Assembly (NCBI GenBank): GCA_964643645.1
Contig: CAZXTZ010000001.1
Coordinates: 1-38,048 of the forward strand
Reading direction: 5' to 3'
Origin: an uncultured Geobacteraceae bacterium
GTDB lineage: Bacteria > Desulfobacterota > Desulfuromonadia > Geobacterales > Pseudopelobacteraceae
DNA: 38,048 bases
Shown here: piece by piece, positions 21,793-29,895 of the stretch
How positions within the stretch are numbered: the stretch's first letter is position 1
Layout of the letters: each line of letters opens with the position of its first letter
Translations under genes and position numbers: made by a program
The notes under the pieces: generated by a model
Told to the model about the DNA's origin: nothing
Databases searched by the model: none
The model's input: only the letters and a program-made list of their open reading frames with translations

Positions 21793-23233
21793 ACTCGTCT
21801 TCTGGATAGATGAACTTCTTATTTTTATTTTTTTCAGCGCATGGATAGTGCTGGCTCTATGGTCTGCCGGACATGCCATACTTAACAAACGGGATCCACG
21901 TTCCGCCCTTCTATGGCTAATAATATCAATAGCCATTCCCATTCTGGGCCCCCTGTCGTACTGGATTCTGGGAATAAACAGGATTACACGCAGAGCAAGG
22001 GTCTGGAAAAAGATCGGGAAAAGGCTCTCTGGAAGTGAATTTACAAATTATGCCTCAGACAGTTCAGCGCCAATCCCGGTAAAGTATGAAAGGATCAAGG
22101 AACTGGCCCTGCTGGAAGACAGGGTGGTTCGGAACAGACTGAAGTATGGCAATCTCCTTGAACCCCTTGAAAACGGAGAGGCCGCGTATCCTGCCATGAT
22201 AGAGGCTATTAATGCCTCAAAAGAAACAGTAAATATGTCCAGTTACATATTTGATGGTGACGGTGTAGGTGCTGAAATAATATCAGCCCTTTCAGGCGCA
22301 TCTTCAAGGGGCGTTGAAGTGAGGGTGCTGGTTGATGCCATGGGTGAAAAATACAGCCACCTTACAGCCAGATCAGCCTTTGAGGGTTCTTCTGTTGATA
22401 TAAGGCTCTATTTACCGCTGTCAAAGGGGCCTTTTATAAATCTTCGCAATCACAGGAAGCTTCTTGTAATTGACGGCAATCTGGCATTTACAGGAGGCAT
22501 GAATATCAGGACGCGGCATTGCATCCAGAGGACACCGATAGAGGAGGCAACCCGCGACCTTCATTTCAGGGTACAGGGCCCGGTTGTTGGAGATCTCCAG
22601 AGAATATTTCTTGAAGACTGGCATTTTGTAAGCGGTGAACTGCTGGATGCACCGATTTTTTTTCCTGACCTTGCGAAATCCGGAAACTCTCTGGTACGTG
22701 CTATAGGAGACGGGCCAGACCGTGAATTCAGAAAACTTGAGTGGATTCTTATGGGGGCGCTTTCCTCAGCTCGCAAAAAGGTAAGAATAATGACCCCCTA
22801 TTTCATTGCAGACAGGCCGATGATAACAGCTTTATCCACTGCTGCGCTCCGTGGGGTTGAAGTAACACTCCTGCTGCCTGCCCATAATAACCTTCCATTT
22901 GTAGCCTGGGCCAGCAGGGCTTCGTACTGGGAACTAGTAAAAAATGGAGTAAGAATTGTAGAGCAGGCCGCCCCGTTCACACATACAAAACTTATGGTTG
23001 TTGATGATATATATTCACTCATAGGTTCTGCAAATCTTGACACCAGAAGCCTGCGCCTAAATTTCGAGCTGAATCTGAGTATATACGACTCTGCCTTTGC
23101 ATCAGTTATTGACAGCTATTTTGAGCAAGCCCTTGCAAATTCAAAAGAAACTTCCCTTTTTATGCTGGAGGAGAGACCTTTATACATAAAGTTTAGAGAC
23201 AATGCAGCGAGGCTTTTTTCACCCTATCTCTAA
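21785..23233 (+). CDS. cls: Cardiolipin synthase (PLD family)
   Basis: Two N-terminal TM helices, two HKD motifs (HRKLLVID, HTKLMVVD), GSANLD and a C-terminal SPYL. Confidence 0.92.
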   Translation: MIKLVFWIDELLIFIFFSAWIVLALWSAGHAILNKRDPRSALLWLIISIAIPILGPLSYWILGINRITRRARVWKKIGKRLSGSEFTNYASDSSAPIPVKYERIKELALLEDRVVRNRLKYGNLLEPLENGEAAYPAMIEAINASKETVNMSSYIFDGDGVGAEIISALSGASSRGVEVRVLVDAMGEKYSHLTARSAFEGSSVDIRLYLPLSKGPFINLRNHRKLLVIDGNLAFTGGMNIRTRHCIQRTPIEEATRDLHFRVQGPVVGDLQRIFLEDWHFVSGELLDAPIFFPDLAKSGNSLVRAIGDGPDREFRKLEWILMGALSSARKKVRIMTPYFIADRPMITALSTAALRGVEVTLLLPAHNNLPFVAWASRASYWELVKNGVRIVEQAAPFTHTKLMVVDDIYSLIGSANLDTRSLRLNFELNLSIYDSAFASVIDSYFEQALANSKETSLFMLEERPLYIKFRDNAARLFSPYL

Positions 23234-23259
23234 AAAGACCAAAAAGCTCTTTTATTCTC

Positions 23260-23289
23260 TTGACAACTTCTCCAAAGGGCTGGTATCTA
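23260..23289 (+). promoter_or_regulatory. Putative sigma70 promoter of the peroxiredoxin gene
   Basis: TTGACA-N18-TATCTA with a TG extension. Confidence 0.45.
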
Positions 23290-23339
23290 ACAAACAAGAC
23301 TTTATGAGTCCTATTAAACTTAATTCAAGGAGAACCGTC

Positions 23340-23936
23340 ATGTCCACTTGCACACTTGTTACAAAAGCCGCTCCCGATTTTACCGCTGATGCAGTAATGT
23401 CTGACAACTCATTCGCCCAGATAACTCTTTCTTCATATCAGGGCAAGTATGTTTATCTTCTCTTTTATCCTCTGGATTTCACATTTGTATGCCCTTCTGA
23501 AATCCTTGCATTCAACAAAAAACTTGATGAGTTCAAAAAACGCAATTGCGAGATTATTTCCGTGTCTGTGGACTCAAAATATACCCACCTTGCATGGAAA
23601 AACACAAAGGTAGAGGATGGGGGCATAGGCCAGGTGCAGTTCCCTATGGTTGCAGACCTCAACAAAGATATCACAAAGGCTTACGGCATCGAACATCCGG
23701 CAAGCGTATCTCTACGTGGACTCTTTCTCATAGACCCTAAAGGTGTTGTCCGCCACTGTGTGATAAATGATCTTCCTTTGGGGCGTAGCGTTGATGAAGC
23801 ACTCAGAATGCTCGATGCATTACACTTTACCGATACCCATGGCGAGGTCTGCCCGGCCAACTGGAAGCAGGGGGATGAAGCGATGAAGCCCACGGCAGAA
23901 GGTGTTGCAGCATATCTTGCAAAACACAGCAAGTAA
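23340..23936 (+). CDS. 2-Cys peroxiredoxin (AhpC/Prx1 type), 198 aa
   Basis: Start MSTCTLV after AAGGAG. YPLDFTFVCPSE and GEVCPANW motifs. Confidence 0.95.
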   Translation: MSTCTLVTKAAPDFTADAVMSDNSFAQITLSSYQGKYVYLLFYPLDFTFVCPSEILAFNKKLDEFKKRNCEIISVSVDSKYTHLAWKNTKVEDGGIGQVQFPMVADLNKDITKAYGIEHPASVSLRGLFLIDPKGVVRHCVINDLPLGRSVDEALRMLDALHFTDTHGEVCPANWKQGDEAMKPTAEGVAAYLAKHSK

Positions 23937-23957
23937 TAAAATTATTCAGATTATTGG

Positions 23958-23986
23958 GGCGCTGTCGTTTGACAGCGCCTTTTTTT
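23958..23986 (+). terminator. Intrinsic terminator after the peroxiredoxin gene
   Basis: GGCGCTGTC-gttt-GACAGCGCC followed by T7. Confidence 0.88.
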
Positions 23987-24030
23987 GTCTTAATGGATGA
24001 AATTCTGAAGTATCAGGTTATAATTCATTC

Positions 24031-26082
24031 ATGCCAATGGATCAAAAATCTACAGAGATTATCCTTTATGGTCAGAATTCCCTGCAAGGTGTTGTTGCGG
24101 TTGAACATTCCGGTCGATTTTGCAGGGTGTTTATCCGTGACAGCCAAGGGGTAACCATACATGATTACCCGTTTGAACCCTTTCTGCTTGTTGATAACCC
24201 TGAATCACTTAAAAACTGCCCCTTACTATTCGATATACTACAGCTGTCAGGCGAAAATATTCTCAAATTTCTTTTAACATTCCAAACATGGCAGGATTGC
24301 TGCTGCTCAAAGGATTTTCTTGATAAAGCTTCGGCTGTTCCAGGAACGGGTTTCCATTTTATTTGCGACCCGGTTCAGCAATTCCTTGTCAGGACAGGCA
24401 TAACCTTTTTCAAAGGACTTGACTGTTCAGAGATCAGGGTGATGGCCGTTGAAGTTAAACGATTAGGTGATAAACGAACTTCTGGTTCCGATAATGGATA
24501 CTCAATAACAATTGCCTGTAATAACGGGCTTGAAGATTGTCTGGTGTCTAAAACACTCTGCGATCAATCTCCCTTTGAACAGCTTGCCGCCGTAATTGCC
24601 AGAGAGGATCCTGATATTATCCTGACAGATGATATTACCCATCTTTCACTCTCAGAATCGCCGGAAAGATCAACAGTTGATATACGAAGACTGCGATGGG
24701 GCAGAAATGGTGCATCTCCGGTATTTACAGGATTTAAAGGCGATCCTGGTGGTGATTGGCCTGTTTGTTCCATATACGGGCGCTCAGTCATTGAGATGAA
24801 GGCGTTGCCACGTCTTGACGGGCTGAAAAGTTTTATGCCGCTTGCAACTTGCAACACTCCAAGGTCTGCTTCAGCCCTGCTTAAAGAGTATCTCATTCAG
24901 GCCCCGCTTTACTATAAGCAGGCATCCATTTTTCCATACAGCTTTCAGTCAATGCTGCTTCGTACACCACAGGCCAGAGCAAATTCTCTAATACTGAGAG
25001 AATACATACGCACTGCCAGATCTGTTCCCCAGGCAGCCAAGGCCTCAACAAAGAAGGCATCTTCAAGCATGGAGCCTTTTTCCAGGGGGCTTTTCAGCCC
25101 TGTGGCCTGTTGCGACATCTCCTTGATCCACTCATCAATAATGCTTTTATACAGGATTAAACCGGAATCAGACCATGCTGGCATAATACTCCCCTTTATG
25201 TCTGTCCTTTGCCGAATGCTATCGGAACAAAAGGGCTCCTCTTCAGAAATCAGAAACAAGGCATTAGCTTCTCTTGTCCGTTCTATTCCGGCCATGCTGG
25301 CCGTCTCACAGCTGAATTTTTACGACCTTCAGGCATCAGAAGAACTGCTCCGGCTGGGTAAAGTAATCATAAGAGATATGACAGCCTGGCTGATTGAAAG
25401 GGGGACAGAGCCCGTTGAGTCAGGAGTTGACGAGATATACTTTGTTCCTTCAGAAGGAACAGATGGGGCTGAGGATATTGCAGCACTTAAGGGTCTATTG
25501 TCTGCTGTTTTACCTGCAAAAACAGGAATTCGTCTGTCATGCTGCTATCGTTCAATGCTCCTCTACAGGCATGGGAATTTTGCGCTGCTTGACCGTAACG
25601 GAAATATTTATTTAAAAGGATCTCTACTTGATTCAAAGCTGTTTGAACCATACCTGAAAGAGTTTCTTTTTGAATTGCTTCAGATGCTTCTTGAAGGACG
25701 CTCTGCGGAGTTAAGAGAGCTTCAGGCAAGATATCTGAAACGCTTGAGATCCAACGATTTTGATATAACATGGATAGCCCGTACTGAAACCCTTACAGAG
25801 TCGCTTGATGAGTATTTCAGACAGGTAGCTTCCGGACGCAGGCACAGAAACGCTGTTTATGAGGTCGCCAGCAGAACCAAAGGGGGAAGCAGGTCCGGAG
25901 AAAAAATCTCATACTATGTAACAGGGGGGACTCCTGATGTCACTCTTTACGACCATGCAAAGGGAATTGATGAGTTTTCCCCTGATTGCCACGACATCAA
26001 CACAAGCTGGTATTCAGAGCGTTTAAGAGCTGTATTTGAACGGGCAACCAGCTTTGCGCCTGAGCAGCCAGCGCTGTTTTAG
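24031..26082 (+). CDS. Divergent family-B DNA polymerase (Pol II-like), probably catalytically impaired
   Basis: Motif order matches PolB: EDPDII, IYGR, LILREY, CDISLIHSSIM (motif A), GVDEIYF (motif C), YLKGS, GEKISYY, WYSERL and terminal QPALF. Confidence 0.72.
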   Translation: MPMDQKSTEIILYGQNSLQGVVAVEHSGRFCRVFIRDSQGVTIHDYPFEPFLLVDNPESLKNCPLLFDILQLSGENILKFLLTFQTWQDCCCSKDFLDKASAVPGTGFHFICDPVQQFLVRTGITFFKGLDCSEIRVMAVEVKRLGDKRTSGSDNGYSITIACNNGLEDCLVSKTLCDQSPFEQLAAVIAREDPDIILTDDITHLSLSESPERSTVDIRRLRWGRNGASPVFTGFKGDPGGDWPVCSIYGRSVIEMKALPRLDGLKSFMPLATCNTPRSASALLKEYLIQAPLYYKQASIFPYSFQSMLLRTPQARANSLILREYIRTARSVPQAAKASTKKASSSMEPFSRGLFSPVACCDISLIHSSIMLLYRIKPESDHAGIILPFMSVLCRMLSEQKGSSSEIRNKALASLVRSIPAMLAVSQLNFYDLQASEELLRLGKVIIRDMTAWLIERGTEPVESGVDEIYFVPSEGTDGAEDIAALKGLLSAVLPAKTGIRLSCCYRSMLLYRHGNFALLDRNGNIYLKGSLLDSKLFEPYLKEFLFELLQMLLEGRSAELRELQARYLKRLRSNDFDITWIARTETLTESLDEYFRQVASGRRHRNAVYEVASRTKGGSRSGEKISYYVTGGTPDVTLYDHAKGIDEFSPDCHDINTSWYSERLRAVFERATSFAPEQPALF

Positions 26083-26183
26083 TCAGATTTTATTTGCTTT
26101 TCTGCCTCCAGTTCACTTGCACACCCCGCAAACCTGTGATACATCTTACACGAGTATTAATGAATGATTACAAAGGAGACTAT

Positions 26184-26588
26184 ATGAAACGGATATTCTG
26201 TGCAGTGTCATTACTGGTGCTTTTGTCATCACAGGTGTATGCGGCAAATGATGAAACTCCAGAAAGTATTACCGGAAAGATCACCGTCAAGTTTGGCAGA
26301 GGACTTGTAAACATGGGAACCGCAGCTTTTGAAATACCTAAGCAGACTATGATTATGGGCAGGGATTACGGTGCACCGGGCTACATGATCGGTCCTCTAA
26401 GTGGAGCTTTAATGTTTGGCTATCGTGCAATTATTGGAGCTACAGAATCTGTATTTGCAATGGTGCCAGCGCCCGGCTATTACGACAATATGATTGATCC
26501 TGAATTTGTCTGGGTCGGTTGGGGGCCCAAAACAAACCCTTCTCATATGACTTCGGACGAAGTGGAGGAGGAGGAAGAACAGCTGTAA
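26184..26588 (+). CDS. Exported protein resembling the exosortase-system-associated TIGR04073 family
   Basis: ATG after AAGGAG, signal peptide, KFGRGLVNMGTAAFEIPK motif, PEFVW and an acidic tail. Confidence 0.7.
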   Translation: MKRIFCAVSLLVLLSSQVYAANDETPESITGKITVKFGRGLVNMGTAAFEIPKQTMIMGRDYGAPGYMIGPLSGALMFGYRAIIGATESVFAMVPAPGYYDNMIDPEFVWVGWGPKTNPSHMTSDEVEEEEEQL

Positions 26589-26650
26589 TCCTGTCTCCGT
26601 CTGGATCGTTTTGTTCCGGCCATGCATTATTTGGGAATAATACAGGTAAA

Positions 26651-26686
26651 AAAAGAGGCCGCATCCAGATGGATGCGGCCTCTTTT
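26651..26686. terminator. Bidirectional intrinsic terminator
   Basis: AAAAGAGGCCGCATCC-agat-GGATGCGGCCTCTTTT between convergent genes. Confidence 0.88.
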
Positions 26687-26705
26687 AACTTCAGTCTGAC
26701 AGAAA

Positions 26706-26954
26706 TTACTTTGCAGGAGCTGCTGCAGGAGCTGCTGCGTCAGCAGGAGCTGCGGCGTCTTTCTTAGCAGCTTTTTTCTTAGCAGGCTTCTTCTTCTTTG
26801 CAGGCTTTGCAGGAGCAGCAGCTGGGTCAGCAGGAGCAGCAGCAGCAGGAGCAGCAGCAGGAGCTGCGTCTTTCTTGGGCTCAGCAGCAACAACAACACC
26901 AGCGAAAGCAACGGCTACGAGTGAAGCAACGATTGAAGCAACGATCTTTTTCAT
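26706..26954 (-). CDS. Small secreted Ala/Pro/Lys-rich low-complexity protein (82 aa)
   Basis: ATG at 26954 with AGGAGG RBS. Signal peptide MKKIVASIVASLVAVAFAGVVVA, then AAAP repeats around a KKKKPAKKK core. Has its own promoter and terminator. Confidence 0.85.
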   Translation of the reverse strand: MKKIVASIVASLVAVAFAGVVVAAEPKKDAAPAAAPAAAAPADPAAAPAKPAKKKKPAKKKAAKKDAAAPADAAAPAAAPAK

Positions 26955-26994
26955 TTGTACATCCTCCTGATGAATTTGTGATGAAATCAATGTA

Positions 26995-27010
26995 TGCAGA
27001 TGGTGTGCCA
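26995..27010 (-). promoter_or_regulatory. Sigma54 -24/-12 promoter of the small APK-rich protein gene
   Basis: TGGCAC-ACCAT-CTGCA 40 nt upstream of the ATG. Confidence 0.8.
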
Positions 27011-27158
27011 ATCCAGACAAATCAATTATAATCCCAGTATAATCAACAATATTGGTATATCTATCCCATTGGACTGGAATTTGTTTGATTAATTTTGCAC
27101 CCCAAATAAGGTATAAGATTCTCTATTTAAGCCACAGAAAAATGATGGGAAAGCTGAA

Positions 27159-27701
27159 TCAGTAATACTCAGCATCCATAAAGCGTTTCCCATCCCTGTC
27201 CTTGGGGGCAAGGACAGGCTCGCCATCAACGGGCCAGTCTATGGCCAGATCGGGGTCGTTCCAGACTATGCTCCTCTCATACTCCGGATACCAGTAATCG
27301 GTGGTTTTATACAGGAACTCTGCAAAATCGGAAAGCACAAGAAAGCCGTGGGCAAAACCTTCTGGAACCCACAACTGCTTCTTGTTTTCCGCCGAAAGCA
27401 CCAGACCAAACCACTTTCCAAATGTGGAAGAATCTTTTCTGATATCAACCGCAACATCAAAAACTTCGCCTGATACAACCCTCACAAGCTTGCCCTGCGG
27501 TTTTACAATCTGATAATGGAGGCCGCGCAAAACATTTTTGGCAGAACGGGAATGATTGTCCTGAACAAAACTGGTTGCCAGCCCTGTTTTTTCAGTCCAG
27601 ATCTTCTGGTTGAAGCTCTCGAAGAAAAAACCTCTGTCATCCCCGAAAACTTTCGGTTCTATAACCAGCAGATCCGGTATTGCAGATGGTGATATGTTCA
27701 T
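27159..27701 (-). CDS. rfbC: dTDP-4-dehydrorhamnose 3,5-epimerase
   Basis: [22 protein letters not shown] and GFAHGF. Confidence 0.96.
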   Translation of the reverse strand: MNISPSAIPDLLVIEPKVFGDDRGFFFESFNQKIWTEKTGLATSFVQDNHSRSAKNVLRGLHYQIVKPQGKLVRVVSGEVFDVAVDIRKDSSTFGKWFGLVLSAENKKQLWVPEGFAHGFLVLSDFAEFLYKTTDYWYPEYERSIVWNDPDLAIDWPVDGEPVLAPKDRDGKRFMDAEYY

Positions 27702-28582
27702 TTTTGCAGTTTCTCCCTTATAAGGGCCAGCAGATACTGGCCATACTCGTTTTTGGAGAGCGGTCTGGCAAGGGCGGAAAGGGCTTCATCATCAATCCAT
27801 CCCTGACGCCATGATATCTCTTCCGGGGACGCAACTTTCAATCCCTGGCGACGTTCAATGGTCTGTATGAACTGGGATGCCTCAAGCAGGGATTCGTGGG
27901 TGCCGGTATCAAGCCATGCGTATCCCCGCCCCATAATCTCGACAGAAAGGTTGCCCTGTTCAAGATAAAGCCTGTTCAGATCTGTTATCTCAAGCTCTCC
28001 CCTCGGAGATGGCTTGAGATCCTTTGCAAGGGCGGTTACCCTGGTATCGTAAAAATAAAGTCCTGTAACGGCGTAATTTGACTTCGGCGCTGAAGGTTTC
28101 TCTTCAAGGGTTATTGCCCTGAGATTCTCGTCAAACTCAACCACACCATAACGTTCCGGGTCATGGACATGGTAGGCAAATACACTGGCCCCGTCTGTCC
28201 TATTCATGGCTCTGGCCAACAACTGATGGAAATCGTGACCATAGAAGATATTGTCTCCAAGAACCAGGGCAGAGGGAGCATCTCCAATAAATGATTTGCC
28301 GATTATGAACGCCTGTGCCAGGCCATCAGGAGAAGGCTGCACTGCATATGATATGGAGATGCCCCACTGTTCTCCGCTGCCAAGTAGTTGCTCAAACCGG
28401 GGGGTGTCCAGAGGTGTTGATATGACAAGTATCTCACGGATACCTGCAAGCATGAGAGTTGTTAGAGGGTAGTAGATCATCGGCTTGTCAAATACAGGTA
28501 GCAGTTGTTTTGAAACCGCAAGTGTAGCCGGGTGAAGGCGGGTGCCAGCGCCGCCTGCCAGTATTATTCCTTTACGTTTCAT
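27698..28582 (-). CDS. rfbA: Glucose-1-phosphate thymidylyltransferase
   Basis: [31 protein letters not shown] and WLDTGT. Confidence 0.97.
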   Translation of the reverse strand: MKRKGIILAGGAGTRLHPATLAVSKQLLPVFDKPMIYYPLTTLMLAGIREILVISTPLDTPRFEQLLGSGEQWGISISYAVQPSPDGLAQAFIIGKSFIGDAPSALVLGDNIFYGHDFHQLLARAMNRTDGASVFAYHVHDPERYGVVEFDENLRAITLEEKPSAPKSNYAVTGLYFYDTRVTALAKDLKPSPRGELEITDLNRLYLEQGNLSVEIMGRGYAWLDTGTHESLLEASQFIQTIERRQGLKVASPEEISWRQGWIDDEALSALARPLSKNEYGQYLLALIREKLQK

Positions 28583-28665
28583 ATCAGATGGCAGCCTTTC
28601 TTGAGTTGGATTGAACCTTGGAGTTTCTGGAAGATTAGCACTATAAATTACTACTGTAAATCAGG

Positions 28666-29895
28666 CTAAAACGGATCGGCATTTAAGATATATCCCCTGC
28701 CCAGAAGATATTTTTCAATATCACGGGCATGCTCCCTTCCCCTTGTTTCAAGGAGAAGCTGAACAGCGGTTTTTCCCATGACAAGCCCTTTTGTCCTGCG
28801 ATCATGGGCTATGTCATGTATGTTGGCCTTCACGCTTGCGAGATCAGCCGAAAGTGTTGCAAGGGAGCCGGGGGTGTCGTCTATCTCCACCCGAAGCTTT
28901 AAGTAGCGACCCGCAGCAAGCAAGCCCCTTTCTACAACCAGTGCAAGGGTTCTCACATCAATATTCCCACCGGAAAGGAGGCATACTGTTTTGCCGGGAT
29001 GCCCTTTAAGACGTTTATTAAGAAGAGCTGCAAGGGTTACGGCCCCTGCTCCCTCAACCAACAGCTTGCTTTTTTCAAGCAGCGCAACAATGGCAAGGGC
29101 AATCTCCTCCTCCTCGACAAGAACAACTTCGTCGACCAGTTGCCGGATAACAGGGGTTGTGAGACGCCCCGGCTTTTTTACCGCAATTCCGTCTGCAATT
29201 GTGGCTTCAAGTCTTACCTCTCTTATTCTGCCATCCTTTACAGCACGGTACATTGAGGGAGCTGCAACCGACTCCACACCAACAACCCTGACAGATGGCC
29301 GCATACCTTTTATTGCAGTTGCAACTCCCGCAAGCAACCCGCCGCCACCTATCGGTACAATAACAGTGTCCACGTCAGGGAGATCCTTCATTATTTCAAG
29401 CCCGATGGTGCCCTGACCGGCAATTACCAGCGGATCGTCAAAAGGGTGGATAAATACTGTACCTCTTGTGTCGCTCTCTTTCTTTGCCGCAGCAAAGGAT
29501 TCATCAAAGTTGGCTCCGGTCAGTCTTACCTCTGCTCCAAGATCCTTTGTGGCCTGAACCTTCTGCGGTGGCGTAGTTTCGGGCATGAATATACATGATG
29601 GAATCCCCAGCAGGTCAGCGCCATAAGCGACTCCCTGTGCGTGATTTCCCGCAGATGCTGCGATGACGCCTGCGCTCAGTTCGGAGCGTCCCCAGGCTGT
29701 CATGAAGTTCATGGCGCCACGAAGCTTGAATGCTCCGGTTTTCTGGAGGTTTTCGCACTTGAGAAACACCGGGTATCCAAGCAGATCAGTAAAATGAGGA
29801 GATGCTATCAGCTCGGTGCGGCGCACTCTTTTTCGCAGACGGTCTTCCGCCTCAAGCACAAGATCAAATGAAAGCGCCGGCATAGCTTTTTTCAT
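28666..29895 (-). CDS. ilvA: Threonine ammonia-lyase with a single C-terminal ACT domain
   Basis: ENLQKTGAFKLRG (PLP lysine), SAGNHAQG, GGGGL, SGGN and a C-terminal ACT domain (DTPGSL). Confidence 0.9.
   Translation of the reverse strand: MKKAMPALSFDLVLEAEDRLRKRVRRTELIASPHFTDLLGYPVFLKCENLQKTGAFKLRGAMNFMTAWGRSELSAGVIAASAGNHAQGVAYGADLLGIPSCIFMPETTPPQKVQATKDLGAEVRLTGANFDESFAAAKKESDTRGTVFIHPFDDPLVIAGQGTIGLEIMKDLPDVDTVIVPIGGGGLLAGVATAIKGMRPSVRVVGVESVAAPSMYRAVKDGRIREVRLEATIADGIAVKKPGRLTTPVIRQLVDEVVLVEEEEIALAIVALLEKSKLLVEGAGAVTLAALLNKRLKGHPGKTVCLLSGGNIDVRTLALVVERGLLAAGRYLKLRVEIDDTPGSLATLSADLASVKANIHDIAHDRRTKGLVMGKTAVQLLLETRGREHARDIEKYLLGRGYILNADPF

Noticed and set aside
23302..23317. PerR/Fur-like box before the peroxiredoxin gene
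   Set aside because: Too many mismatches in an AT-rich context.
23202..23339. N-terminal extension of peroxiredoxin
   Set aside because: It overlaps cls and the promoter. The RBS supports ATG 23340.
26627..27031. Poly-Leu and poly-Gln ORFs and GCAGGA repeats as a repeat array or CRISPR
   Set aside because: These are alternative-frame or antisense shadows of the Ala/Pro-rich gene. There is no repeat-spacer structure.
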